Source: Candidatus Yonathbacteria bacterium RIFCSPLOWO2_01_FULL_47_33b (lineage in GTDB: Bacteria > Patescibacteriota > Minisyncoccia > Phycocordibacterales > UBA1550). Taken from it: a DNA stretch of 64,000 nucleotides. Positions 1-10,030 of the stretch are shown piece by piece (positions within the stretch are counted from its first letter, which is position 1; each line of letters begins with the position of its first letter). The stretch spans positions 2,099 through 66,098 of the forward strand of contig MHUW01000016.1 in NCBI GenBank assembly GCA_001823575.1, given 5' to 3'. A program made the translations under genes and the position numbers. Below the pieces are notes generated by a model. It was not told the DNA's origin and ran no database searches. It saw nothing but the letters and a program-made list of their open reading frames with translations.

Positions 1-481
1 TGTCCAGCTCGTCTTTTACTACTGGGGCGACGACTGCTTCTTCGGCTACTACTGCAGGTGCCTCTTCCTCTGCAACCTCTGCTAACATTTCTGTATCGCG
101 TGATTTTGCGTTTGATGAAGGGAATTTCTTTGAGATGAAGGTGTTCTCGCGAGGTGTCTTTACGACAAGATAGCGAAGCACATTATCATCCTTTTTAAGC
201 TCTTCCTCGAGGGTGGCAATATCTGAAGGTGTGGCCTCAAACTTGATCCATCCAAAGTATGCGTCGTCGAAACGCTTGTTCTTGTGCTCGACCGTTTTCA
301 CGATCTGATAGGCGAGGTCAATGAAGACCGGAAGTTCCTCGGCAATAATGTCCTTGGAAATCCGTTCGATCATGCCACGCACGGCTCCCGACGCTGCGGG
401 GATTTGCTCCTCTGCAAGGGTCGGAACAAGATGGTAGCCTAGCTCGTAAACGCGAGGCTCCGTGTGTTCATTATGATCCAT
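1..481 (-). CDS. rpsF: 30S ribosomal protein S6 (3' end runs off the window)
   Basis: Read by hand from ATG at 481: MDHNEHTEPRVYELGYHLVPT...; also encodes a LAYQI and an AYFGWIKFE segment typical of S6, with an acidic tail. Confidence 0.85.
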   Translation of the reverse strand, partial: MDHNEHTEPRVYELGYHLVPTLAEEQIPAASGAVRGMIERISKDIIAEELPVFIDLAYQIVKTVEHKNKRFDDAYFGWIKFEATPSDIATLEEELKKDDNVLRYLVVKTPRENTFISKKFPSSNAKSRDTEMLAEVAEEEAPAVVAEEAVVAPVVKDELD

Positions 482-550
482 ATTTTTCAATTTTGGGGTT
501 TCCCCCGTTAACCTAGTAACCCGTGTATCCTACCAGACAAAGGGAAGGAA

Positions 551-690
551 GTCAAAATCCCCTAGGACCGTCCTAGGGGATTTTGACGATAGGTCGTCAA
601 CGACCCCTAAAACAGCAAATTCTCGCTATCGCGAGAATTTGCTGTTTTAGGGGCACATAATTTACGAGGGATCGGTCTTCGTAAATTATG
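551..690. repeat. Cluster of long intergenic inverted repeats
   Basis: 551-587 has 17-bp arms with loop CCG; 604-653 has 23-bp arms with loop TATC; 656-690 has 12-bp arms. Confidence 0.9.
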
Positions 691-1510
691 AATGTAGTGT
701 AATATTGAAGACGCGGAGGGCGTTCTGGACTGTAGCGGCGCGGACGGTTTCGAAGTCTTCACCGCGAATCTCGGCAATCTTTTTTACGACTTCTTCAACA
801 TAGATAGGCTCATTACGGCTCCCTCGATACGGCATCGGAGCAACATACGGAGAGTCTGTTTCCGTCATAATGCGCTCAAGGGGTGTCAGCCGAATAACCT
901 CATCGTACTCGCGACTAAAGGTAATAACCCCTGTAAATGAAATAGTGAAGTCGAGAGCGAGGTACTCACGAGCAATATCAAATGTTTGTGAAAAGAAATG
1001 CACGTTTCCTCGGAGGCTTGCCCCTGCTTCTTTTTTCTTTTCTCGCAAGATTGCCAAAATATCACGATGGGCATCCGCGAGCGCCTTGTCGCTGTCGCGA
1101 CAATGAATCATGAGGGGGAGGTCATGTGCAAGCGCAAAGTTGATTTGTGCTTCAAAAAGTTTGCGCTGACGGGCTTTTTCAGCGTCAACATCAGGGACAT
1201 CAGAAAGACGTGAATAATCAAGACCACACTCGCCCATCGCAACAACACGCTTCCCTTTTACAAGCTCGTCAAAAAAAGGTTCAAGAAAACGCGCTTCCTT
1301 GTCGTCGATCGGATGTACACCAATACAAGCAAAAACCCCTTCATCAACAAATGACGCCATCATTGCAGAATCCTGAGAGCTTTTGAAATCGGTTCCGACC
1401 ATAATAGTCGCAACACCTTTTTCCTGAAGACGTTCAAGTACCGCGTTGCGATCCTCGTTAAACGCTGCGTCCCATACATGTGCATGAATATCAAAAAATC
1501 TTGGTGTCAT
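686..1510 (-). CDS. tatD: TatD family DNase
   Basis: DIHAH, GVHP, GECGLDY, IHCRD, ETDSPY and RNEP motifs. Confidence 0.95.
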   Translation of the reverse strand: MTPRFFDIHAHVWDAAFNEDRNAVLERLQEKGVATIMVGTDFKSSQDSAMMASFVDEGVFACIGVHPIDDKEARFLEPFFDELVKGKRVVAMGECGLDYSRLSDVPDVDAEKARQRKLFEAQINFALAHDLPLMIHCRDSDKALADAHRDILAILREKKKEAGASLRGNVHFFSQTFDIAREYLALDFTISFTGVITFSREYDEVIRLTPLERIMTETDSPYVAPMPYRGSRNEPIYVEEVVKKIAEIRGEDFETVRAATVQNALRVFNITLHS

Positions 1511-1561
1511 TGGGGTAGTTAATAGTTAATAGCCAATAGTCATTAGGGTAAATAAACACTC

Positions 1562-3127
1562 CTACTCCTTGCGCATAAAAAGCGGCTCGGTAGGAACATG
1601 CGAAGCAAACACTCGCTCCCCTTCCTTTTCTGAAGCGCCAAGGAGGGCCTTGATCTTTGCAGCAGTATCTGGCAAAAGTGGCGTAATCATGTCTGCAACT
1701 TCGGTGATGCCATACAATACACTCCAGATAACCTTTTCTGCTGCATCTTTGTCGGTTTTTACGAGCTTGAACGGTTCGTAGTCGGCAATATACTGATCAA
1801 GAGAGCTGATGAGCTCCCAGACCGCGTCTGAGGCCTTGTTAATCTCATAGGCGCGCATGTGAGCATGGTAGCGAGGGAGAATATCATTGGTAATGATATA
1901 GGGAACAGTAAGGCCTGCAAGGTCACCCACCACGGAAACCTCGGTAATACGAGTACGCAAAGGAAGAGCTGTCGCAACACTACCCGTTACCTGCCCTCCA
2001 AAATACTGCTCTGCCATTTTAAGAGTACGAGAAACAAGGTTTCCCAGTCCGTTGGCAAGGTTTGCATTGTAGGCTTCTTTGAATTTCTCGGGAGTAAGGT
2101 CCCAATCCTCGGTCGGAGTCACCTCGCGCGCAAGATAATATCGGAGAGCATCAGCGCCGTATCCGTCGATAAAATCGTGCGGTTTGAGTACGTTACCAAG
2201 CGTCTTCGACATCTTTTTACCACCCGATGTTACGAACCCGTGCACCAAAAGTTCTTTAGGGAGCGGGAGCTTTGCAGAAAGAAGCATCGCTGGCCACAGG
2301 AGCGCGTGGAATCGCACAATGTCCTTGCCGAGCACTTGCACGTCCGCAGGCCAAAAGGTATCGAAAAGTGTTTCGTCTTCGCGACCGTACCCGAGCGCAG
2401 AAATATAGTTTGAAAGCGCGTCACACCAGACATACATAAGCTGACCAGGGTCATTGGGGACAGGGATGCCCCACGGAATAGAACCTTCGGGACGTGAAAT
2501 ACTCACATCAGCAAGCGTCTTTTCGCTTCCCTCCCCACCAAACAACGCTATCATTTCATTTGCACGCGTCTGGGGGGTTACTTTTAGCTCGCTACTTTCA
2601 AGAAGTCGCTTGAGTTCGGGGGCATGCTTCGAAAGTTTGAAAAAATAATTTTCCTCTTTAATGTGGTCAGGGGCGGTATCGTGGTGTGGACACTTGCCAT
2701 CAACCAGCTCTTTCTCGGTAATAAACGCTTCACAACCAACACAGTAGAGCCCTTCATAGACACCCTTGTAAATATCCCCCGCCTCCTCAAGTGCTTTCCA
2801 AAGTTTTTGTGCTCCCGGCCAGTGCGACTCCTTGTCTGAAGTACGAATGAACGCGTCATTTGATATCGCAAGCTTTTTCATAAGCTCTTGGGCTTTTGCA
2901 ACATTGTTGTTCACAAATGCTTGAGGCCCTAAACCTTCTTTTTGTGCAGCACGAACAATCTTTTCTCCGTGCTCATCAGAACCGGCAAGAAAAAACGTCT
3001 TGTCCCCTATTCCCCGATGATACCGCGCAATAATGTCAGAAAGAACGAGCGTGTAAGTATGCCCGAGATGCAACTCTGCGTTTGCATAAAAGATTGGGAT
3101 AGTGAGGTAAAATTTTTTTTCTTCCAT
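1562..3127 (-). CDS. metG: Methionine-tRNA ligase (short form)
   Basis: HLGH, GSDEHGEKI, YCVGCE, YVWCDAL and KMSKT motifs. Confidence 0.97.
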   Translation of the reverse strand: MEEKKFYLTIPIFYANAELHLGHTYTLVLSDIIARYHRGIGDKTFFLAGSDEHGEKIVRAAQKEGLGPQAFVNNNVAKAQELMKKLAISNDAFIRTSDKESHWPGAQKLWKALEEAGDIYKGVYEGLYCVGCEAFITEKELVDGKCPHHDTAPDHIKEENYFFKLSKHAPELKRLLESSELKVTPQTRANEMIALFGGEGSEKTLADVSISRPEGSIPWGIPVPNDPGQLMYVWCDALSNYISALGYGREDETLFDTFWPADVQVLGKDIVRFHALLWPAMLLSAKLPLPKELLVHGFVTSGGKKMSKTLGNVLKPHDFIDGYGADALRYYLAREVTPTEDWDLTPEKFKEAYNANLANGLGNLVSRTLKMAEQYFGGQVTGSVATALPLRTRITEVSVVGDLAGLTVPYIITNDILPRYHAHMRAYEINKASDAVWELISSLDQYIADYEPFKLVKTDKDAAEKVIWSVLYGITEVADMITPLLPDTAAKIKALLGASEKEGERVFASHVPTEPLFMRKE

Positions 3128-3156
3128 AAAATAAGATAAATAACGAATGAGCAGCC

Positions 3157-4221
3157 TTACGCGGCAAGGTGCTTCTTTTTCTCTATATCGTCCACAAGCT
3201 CCATAATAGCGGCAATGACCGGGACCGAAATGAGAATACCGAGGAACCCAGCGAGCTCAGCGCCAACGATAAGGGCAAGGATAACGAGAATTGGGGGGAC
3301 GCCGACAATCTTGCGCACCACAAGCGGGTAAATCAAGTGACTTTCAAACTGTTGAACAAGGAGGTAGAACCCGGTGATGATGAGAGCAAGGCTTGTTCCT
3401 CCTGATGAGAAGGCCAGGGCGACGGCTGGAATCGCGGCAATAATTGGCCCAAATACAGGGATGATTTCAAGAATACCCGCAAGTAAAGCAAGGAGGAGTG
3501 CGTACGGGATACCAAATATCGTGAGCCCCAAATATACCAAAATAAAGATAAGCACCCCGAGAAGGAGCTGGCCTTGCATCCACTTACCAATCTTTTCTTT
3601 TGATCGTTCCCAGAGGTTGATTGCGTAATCTTCTTTTCCAAAAGGAATAACAATCTTTAGGAAGTTCTCGATACCACGCTCTTGCATGGCAAAATAAAAT
3701 GAGAGAACAACAATAAGCACAAAGCTGAACAGTCCTCCAAATACCGACCCTGCCGTCGTCGCGAAACCTTGTGATGAACGCATAATATTACTCATGGTCA
3801 CCAAAAGCTCGCTGGCTGGTGCTCCTGCAGAAAACTGAGTGAGGAGGAGTTCCCCCTTCTTCATTATTCCATCGTTCCCCATAAAGATATCGGGGGTAAC
3901 TTCACGAGCCACTCCAGGAAGCCTGTTCGCAAAATCATACACCTCCCCCAAGAGTGGCGGTACAAATGCATAAAAAAGACCGACAAAAAGCCCGGTAAGG
4001 GTCACGTAAACGCCGAGCACGGCAGGAATACGATGAACGCGATACTTACCCAAGAATTTTACCGCTGGCTCGATAGAGGAAGCGAGTACGACCGCGGTCA
4101 GAATGACAAGTACGAGATCACGCAAAAGGTAAAGAGCCCAGAAACCCACGAGTATGGCGATTCCTTTTACGATAGTACCTGCAGTGATTGAAATGATCGT
4201 GTCTTTTTCGCGATTCGGCAT
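3157..4221 (-). CDS. AI-2E family transporter
   Basis: Multi-TM protein with IPVFGPII and QQFESHLIYPLV motifs. Confidence 0.9.
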   Translation of the reverse strand: MPNREKDTIISITAGTIVKGIAILVGFWALYLLRDLVLVILTAVVLASSIEPAVKFLGKYRVHRIPAVLGVYVTLTGLFVGLFYAFVPPLLGEVYDFANRLPGVAREVTPDIFMGNDGIMKKGELLLTQFSAGAPASELLVTMSNIMRSSQGFATTAGSVFGGLFSFVLIVVLSFYFAMQERGIENFLKIVIPFGKEDYAINLWERSKEKIGKWMQGQLLLGVLIFILVYLGLTIFGIPYALLLALLAGILEIIPVFGPIIAAIPAVALAFSSGGTSLALIITGFYLLVQQFESHLIYPLVVRKIVGVPPILVILALIVGAELAGFLGILISVPVIAAIMELVDDIEKKKHLAA

Positions 4222-4263
4222 ATACTGATATACTACACGATTTTTTCTGGTTTTGCGAGGCTA

Positions 4264-5535
4264 TTAATTTAAGACTAAAACCTTCTTGAATTCCTCGCCA
4301 TCCTTGGCTGGCCCAATAAGGGCGAGGTTGAGATTCTTTTCGGTAAATATTTTGCGTGCCATCATGCGAATATCCTCCGCGGTTACCGCGCGAATGAGGC
4401 GCTCTTTTTCTTTCGGCGTACGAATATCGCGACGCATAACCTCTTGTATGCCATAATACTCAGCAAGGTCGTCCGACGACTCAAGGCCAAGATACATCAT
4501 GCCTACGAGGTGTTCTTTTACTTTAGCGATTTCTTCGTCCGACACAAGCTCATGTTTGAGTGTTTCAAATTCTACAAGAACCGCCTGAAGCACCTCCTCC
4601 ATACGTGCATTAGCAACTCCCGCTGAAACTGAAAAGTAGCCATGGTCAGTAAACGCCGTGTTTCGTGCGTTCACATAGTATCCTACCCCCATCTCATCAC
4701 GGAGCTTGCGGAAAAGGCGCGAGGACATACCACTGCCGAGGATACCACTGAGCACTGAAAGTATGGGGTTGCGCTCGTCGTAAATCGGGAATGTGCGCAC
4801 GCCGAGAATAAAGTGTGTCTGATCGGTCTCTTTGTGTACTGCCGCAATTGCCGGCGCTACCTGCTTATCTATCGTTTTTTTCTTGCCGCCTTTCTTCCCT
4901 TCAGTGACACCTTTAAATTTTTTAGCGATATCTTTGAATGCTTGTGCGGCATCGATGTTGCCGGTCACGATAACCGTTGTCGCCAGTGCGATGTAGTGCG
5001 CTTTGCGGTAGGCAAGAAAATCCTTGCGCGTCATTGCGCGGACCACCTCGCGCTCCCCCGCTATCGGCCACCCCGCTGGTTGGTCGCCATAGAGAAGCGT
5101 CATCCATACCTCGTGTACTTTGCGCATAGGGAGATCGTCGTACATATTGATCTCATCCACAATCACGCCTTTTTCTTTTTCGATCTCATCATCCTTAAAA
5201 AGCGGATTGAGGTAGAGGTCAGCAATGACATCGAGGAGCTTCGGAAAATCGGCTGCTTTGCCTTTTGCGTAGTAGCCGGTGTATTCCTGCCCGGTAAAGG
5301 CATTGTATTCACAACCGAGTCCGTCGAGCTCTTTGGAGAGGTCGCTCGTGTTCGGGCGGTTGGTCGTCCCCTTGAAACACATATGTTCGAGGAAGTGCGA
5401 GAGGCCGTTCTTTGCCTTCGTCTCATATTTTGAACCCGTCTCAACGAGTACCAACACGGTTACGGTCGGATTGTCCGCCATCGGCACCGTAATCATACGC
5501 ATGCCATTGGGTAATGTTTTTTTCTTGAATTTCAT
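4264..5535 (-). CDS. M16 family zinc peptidase
   Basis: Inverted zinc motif HFLEH, NAFT, SSRLF; start placed at MKFKKK. Confidence 0.95.
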   Translation of the reverse strand: MKFKKKTLPNGMRMITVPMADNPTVTVLVLVETGSKYETKAKNGLSHFLEHMCFKGTTNRPNTSDLSKELDGLGCEYNAFTGQEYTGYYAKGKAADFPKLLDVIADLYLNPLFKDDEIEKEKGVIVDEINMYDDLPMRKVHEVWMTLLYGDQPAGWPIAGEREVVRAMTRKDFLAYRKAHYIALATTVIVTGNIDAAQAFKDIAKKFKGVTEGKKGGKKKTIDKQVAPAIAAVHKETDQTHFILGVRTFPIYDERNPILSVLSGILGSGMSSRLFRKLRDEMGVGYYVNARNTAFTDHGYFSVSAGVANARMEEVLQAVLVEFETLKHELVSDEEIAKVKEHLVGMMYLGLESSDDLAEYYGIQEVMRRDIRTPKEKERLIRAVTAEDIRMMARKIFTEKNLNLALIGPAKDGEEFKKVLVLN

Positions 5536-5583
5536 ATGTTGGCAGTGTAGCACAAACCCCTCCCTATAAACAAAATCTTAATC

Positions 5584-5619
5584 GTCATGCAAAACAAGTC
5601 ATGACTTGTTTTGCATGAC
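5584..5619. repeat. Perfect 36-bp loop-less palindrome
   Basis: GTCATGCAAAACAAGTCA|TGACTTGTTTTGCATGAC. Confidence 0.95.
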
Positions 5620-5626
5620 AGTAGGG

Positions 5627-5659
5627 CAAAAGAAAAACGGCTCAAAAAACTGAGCCGTT
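5627..5659 (-). terminator. Intrinsic terminator
   Basis: Stem AACGGCTCA/TGAGCCGTT followed by a T-run on the minus strand. Confidence 0.7.
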
Positions 5660-6021
5660 CAAGGTGGGAGTGCGATCTTTTCAATCAGAACTCCCTGGGT
5701 AAGCATCACGTAAAGCCCATGAACCTCTTCAACATCCATCGACTTAAGGTCGACAAAAACATCGAGATATCCTCCGGGAATCACCGGAACATTCCCGCCA
5801 TTTAAAGAGGCGAGCCGACGTATGTGTCCACAATCGTCCCTTCCCCAATAACCATCGAGAAGTGCTGAGATCCTTATGCCGAGATCAAGACGTGCAAGGA
5901 CCATGGGGTACGTGTGCAAATTCTGAGCGCCGAAATGTATTGCGTGCTTGACCTCAATACGAAGAGGTGTTCCTGGAGGAATATCCAGGAACGGCAGTCC
6001 GTCAAGACAGATGATGTTCAT
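5659..6021 (-). CDS. Hypothetical protein
   Basis: 120-aa ORF with AGGAG SD and a downstream terminator; no family recognised. Confidence 0.6.
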   Translation of the reverse strand: MNIICLDGLPFLDIPPGTPLRIEVKHAIHFGAQNLHTYPMVLARLDLGIRISALLDGYWGRDDCGHIRRLASLNGGNVPVIPGGYLDVFVDLKSMDVEEVHGLYVMLTQGVLIEKIALPP

Positions 6022-6076
6022 TACGTTCTCCTAAAAAGTTGTCTTCCCCCACCTTAGCGTCTTTTGCAGGGTGTGT

Positions 6077-6113
6077 CAAAAAGAAAAACGGCTCGAGAGT
6101 ATCGAGCCGTTTT
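6077..6113 (-). terminator. Intrinsic terminator, near-copy of 5627-5659
   Basis: Stem AAAACGGCTCGA/TCGAGCCGTTTT followed by a T-run on the minus strand. Confidence 0.7.
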
Positions 6114-6136
6114 GAGAGACAGAATCCGCTAGGGTT

Positions 6137-6511
6137 TTATTTGGGAACAAAGAACCGGTCGTTGCCGCTCCCTTGGACGGAGAAGTGAACGAAGGAGCCT
6201 GCTGACCCAGAGCTCCCACACATGAGGACGCAACCATTCTGGTCACGCAGAATAGCAACGGAGCTCTGATTATTGAATTTCGCAACATCCACCACCTTGT
6301 AAATCTCACGCGGGAGTTCGTTTTCAGGAATGGCGCGACCAAGCCACGTTTGCCTTCCCTCCTCTTTGCCAAACTGGACAGCAGCCGAAAGCGTAGGGAA
6401 ACCGAAGATTACGGCGGGAATCAGCAGGAGCCATGTTTTTGAATAAATTGCAAGAACAGCCACTAGCAAACTCACTGCAAACAGGCACCCTGCCAGAAAA
6501 AGCTTATTCAT
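6137..6511 (-). CDS. Hypothetical membrane protein (2 TM)
   Basis: GGAGG SD ahead of MNKLFLAG; two hydrophobic segments. Confidence 0.7.
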   Translation of the reverse strand: MNKLFLAGCLFAVSLLVAVLAIYSKTWLLLIPAVIFGFPTLSAAVQFGKEEGRQTWLGRAIPENELPREIYKVVDVAKFNNQSSVAILRDQNGCVLMCGSSGSAGSFVHFSVQGSGNDRFFVPK

Positions 6512-6564
6512 ACATACCTCCAAGAGTTATTAAAAGACCAAAGAATCCAAACCTCTAAAACCTA

Positions 6565-7893
6565 CTAAAGTATAGCAGTTTTTAGGTAATTTGTCAATTC
6601 GCTGACGGGGAGGCGCTGTTGCGTGCCGGTGTCGCGGTCGCGGACCGTAACGGTGTCCAAAAGCTCGGGGTTCTCACCCAGCGTGTCGAAGTCGATGACG
6701 ATACAGAATGGCGTGCCAATCTCGTCCTGGCGGCGGTAGCGCTTGCCGACGTTGCCGTTGTCATCCCACATTATTTGCGGGACCTCTTGCTTGAGCATTG
6801 CGTACACGGCGCGTGCTTTTTCGACGAGCTCGGGCTTGTTCTTGAGGAGGGGCGAGACCGCAGCTTTAATTGGTGCAACGCGGGGATGAAGTTTTAGATA
6901 GGTACGCGTTTCGCCTCCCATTTCGTCCTCGGTATATGCCGAAAGAAGTACGGCGAGGAGGGTACGGTCAACACCAAACGACGGCTCGATGACGTGTGGC
7001 ACGGTACGCTCCCCTGTCGCTTCCTCGAAGTACGAGAGGTCAACTTTGCTTGCCTCGGCGTGGCGTGAGAGGTCAAAGTTCGTGCGGTATGCAAGACCAT
7101 ACAACTCTTTCTGTCCAAATGGATAATCAAATTCGAAATCAATAGTACGCTTGGAATAATGCGCGAGATCCTCGGGTGCAATCTCTACCTCATGCGTGCG
7201 AGCGCGGTCAATACCGACGAGCTCAAGCCATGCATTCATTGCCACGCGCCATTCTTCGAACGCACGCTGCCAATCATTTTCTTTTACAAAATATTCAATC
7301 TCCATCTGCTCGAGCTCGCGCAGGCGAAAGATAAAGTCACGCGGCGTGATTTCGTTACGAAAGGCTTTACCAATCTGCCCGAGACCAAACGGGAGCTTGG
7401 GATGGAACGAGTCCACCACATTTTTAAAATTAACAAACATCCCCTGCGCCGTCTCGGGGCGAAGGTATGAGGTCGCCGACGAGTCCTCCGTCGCGCCAAC
7501 TTTGGTCGAGAGCATCATATTGAACTGACGCTCGGGTCCTAAAGCACCACCACACTCAGGACACTTTGTTTTATCCTCAAGATGGTCGGAACGGAAACGA
7601 CGCTTGCATTTAGTGCATTCAACGAGAGGATCGGCAAAGCCGGCAACGTGTCCGGTTGTCTCCCATACACGAGCATTCATGAGGATTGCCGCATCCATAC
7701 CATACATATCATCGCGGCCATCCACAAACATCCTCCACCAGAGGTTTTTAATATTGTTTTTGAGCGCAATACCAAGAGGGCCGTAGTCGTAGGTGCCGGC
7801 GAGACCACCGTAAATCTCGGAGCCTTGATAAATAAAGCCGCGTCGCTTGGCGAGCGAGATGAGCTTTTCCATCGTTTCTGGAGGGTAATTCAT
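6565..7893 (-). CDS. glyS: Glycine-tRNA ligase (homodimeric type)
   Basis: KRRGF, YDYGPLG, LRPETAQG, FRNEITPR and RYRRQDEIGTP motifs; start at MNYPPETMEK. Confidence 0.96.
   Translation of the reverse strand: MNYPPETMEKLISLAKRRGFIYQGSEIYGGLAGTYDYGPLGIALKNNIKNLWWRMFVDGRDDMYGMDAAILMNARVWETTGHVAGFADPLVECTKCKRRFRSDHLEDKTKCPECGGALGPERQFNMMLSTKVGATEDSSATSYLRPETAQGMFVNFKNVVDSFHPKLPFGLGQIGKAFRNEITPRDFIFRLRELEQMEIEYFVKENDWQRAFEEWRVAMNAWLELVGIDRARTHEVEIAPEDLAHYSKRTIDFEFDYPFGQKELYGLAYRTNFDLSRHAEASKVDLSYFEEATGERTVPHVIEPSFGVDRTLLAVLLSAYTEDEMGGETRTYLKLHPRVAPIKAAVSPLLKNKPELVEKARAVYAMLKQEVPQIMWDDNGNVGKRYRRQDEIGTPFCIVIDFDTLGENPELLDTVTVRDRDTGTQQRLPVSELTNYLKTAIL
6569..6597 (-). promoter_or_regulatory. Sigma70-type promoter inside the glyS 3' end
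   Basis: Minus strand reads TTGACA-N14-TGC-TATACT, upstream of 6137-6511. Confidence 0.6.
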
Positions 7894-7895
7894 AC

Positions 7896-7981
7896 AAGTC
7901 TTAAAGTCAAAAGTCTTAAAGTCAAAAGCTGGTGCAAATGCATTTACTTTATAGACTTTAGACTTTTTAACTTTTAGACTG
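7896..7981. repeat. Low-complexity AAAGTC/GACTTT repeats
   Basis: AAGTCTTAAAGTCAA x2, followed by inverted GACTTT-like units. Confidence 0.7.
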
Positions 7982-9889
7982 CTATTGTACCACAACCCCT
8001 TGATTTTGGCTAAACTGTGGATCCGAAGAGAGGTTCGTTGTTACGGGAACCTTGCGGTCGCTCAGATTTGTTTTAGTAAATTCATCAACAGCAGTCAATA
8101 CACTTTCTCCGGTAAGAAATGGCGCCTTGCGGAGTTGGCTCAAGCTTGGCAAAAACGAGATTTGGAACGCAGCCTCACGTGTCCCCCCTGCGGGGATGCG
8201 CCCCACATTCCAAGAGACTTCCGAGTTCGTGGCGTTCCAGACCATGTCCTCCCCTGCAGGGGAAATATTTCCCAACCACTTCACATAGACAGGCAAGGTT
8301 GTCTTCACGATTGCGTTGGAAACATTATTTGATCCATTTCGTACAACCCACTTAACAGTGTAGCTCGTCTCAACATCTACGAGAGGAGGGAGTGCTCCGG
8401 TGTTTTTGAAGGGTCCAGCATAATAGAGAGACTGAGCGGCAAGACGAATATCCGTATCAAACTTAACCTTGCGAGATGCGAAGGTGGACACCGTCTCGGG
8501 AGACGCAGTGTTTGAAGTGCGGGCTCGTGCACGTACCTCAAACACAATCTGTGGGTTCTTGGTTGTGCGCACGGCATCCACCCCAAGAGGGACGGGCGAA
8601 AAACTAAAACTTATCGTACCGCGTTCACCAGGCTCGATACTCCCAAGCTCTGGTTTTGTTGTCTTATTCCACACGATTGAGTTATCGAGGGAACGATAGA
8701 AGCCACTGCCATCAGAGTAGACCGAATACTTATTCAACGCATCGCCCTTGAGCGCAATCTCTATAACCGTATCTACAATAGGTGTTGGGCTGTTGCTTTT
8801 CCAAGTAATATCCACGCGGACCCCCCTACCCAGAGGCGCTGCGTACTCAGCAGAACGATCGCCGTTTATAGAAATATCAAGAGCCAAAAATGGTTTAGTG
8901 AGGGTGAGTGTCTCGGTGACAGAATTATATGCCACACCTACGCGACGCTCGTCCTTGAGGTCGGGGGTACCGACCAACACTCTGACCACTTTTTCTTCAT
9001 GTTCCTGCCCTTCAATAATACCTAAAACCTTTATGGTGCGTTTTTCTTGGGGGGCAAGGGTTCCGATATTCCATACGTTGTTCCCTTGCGCGGGAGCAAT
9101 GTCGGCACTTTGAAAAGTGAAGCCGAGTGGGTACGAAACTTCGAGAAGAAGGCCTTGGAGGGAGTCTTTACTATTTGACTCAACCACAATCGCAAGCTCA
9201 ACTTCCTGTCCTGAAGATATTTCTTTTGCAATATCAAGCTTTACATTCACGGGCGAAGCTGAGACACGCAGAGAGTAGGCTGATGATTTTTTAAGGGTCG
9301 CATTTGAGCCCGTCATGCGGTACTCCAAAACAATACTTACTTCTCGTTCTGCGTTTTCCTCACCATACAAAATCGTATTGATACTCTCAGTTACCGACTG
9401 TCCAGGCTGGATTACGCCAAGTTCTTTTGAGATACGTGGTAGCTCAGCCTTATCGGTTGCGGCATAAAACCCTGAAGGATATTCCAAAAATAATGTTGCT
9501 GCTTCAATGGCGACCTTGTTTTCATTGGTTATCGTAATCTTACTCTCAAAAGGCTCCCCGCCAGCAACGGCGAGAGGGGCAACTGTTTCTATCTTTATAT
9601 TCTCACCCGAAATAATATTCGAGCCACGCCACCACACAAGAGCCGCAACGACTGCTGCGAACACAAAGAACCCTAAGGAAATATAGACGATTTTTTTTAT
9701 CATAGTATGACGAGCCTTTGCACGCTCCTGCTCGTGTGCAGATGCACGCGCCTCGCTTTCAGCGTCCCACGCGGAAGGAACAACTATTTCTTTTCGCTCA
9801 AGAGTGTCTTCGACCTCATGCGGTTTAAACTCTCTCCCATAGAGCTCTTTTTCAAGCTCCGCAATTTTGCTTTTCATGTCATCTGCCAT
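7982..9889 (-). CDS. Membrane-anchored multi-Ig-like (DUF11/CARDB-like) protein
   Basis: One N-terminal TM then repeated beta-rich domains (WNIGTLAPQE, WNVGRIPAG). Confidence 0.7.
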   Translation of the reverse strand: MADDMKSKIAELEKELYGREFKPHEVEDTLERKEIVVPSAWDAESEARASAHEQERAKARHTMIKKIVYISLGFFVFAAVVAALVWWRGSNIISGENIKIETVAPLAVAGGEPFESKITITNENKVAIEAATLFLEYPSGFYAATDKAELPRISKELGVIQPGQSVTESINTILYGEENAEREVSIVLEYRMTGSNATLKKSSAYSLRVSASPVNVKLDIAKEISSGQEVELAIVVESNSKDSLQGLLLEVSYPLGFTFQSADIAPAQGNNVWNIGTLAPQEKRTIKVLGIIEGQEHEEKVVRVLVGTPDLKDERRVGVAYNSVTETLTLTKPFLALDISINGDRSAEYAAPLGRGVRVDITWKSNSPTPIVDTVIEIALKGDALNKYSVYSDGSGFYRSLDNSIVWNKTTKPELGSIEPGERGTISFSFSPVPLGVDAVRTTKNPQIVFEVRARARTSNTASPETVSTFASRKVKFDTDIRLAAQSLYYAGPFKNTGALPPLVDVETSYTVKWVVRNGSNNVSNAIVKTTLPVYVKWLGNISPAGEDMVWNATNSEVSWNVGRIPAGGTREAAFQISFLPSLSQLRKAPFLTGESVLTAVDEFTKTNLSDRKVPVTTNLSSDPQFSQNQGVVVQ

Positions 9890-10030
9890 ACTGTTCAGTA
9901 TACCCCCACACTTACTTTTTTCATAGACTATTTTTATCAAAAAATACCTCAAAACAACAACTGCCTAACCTTAGGCGCAAAAGTAAGTGTGGGGGTATAG
10001 CAATATTTTCAACGACAGAGAATACAAAAA

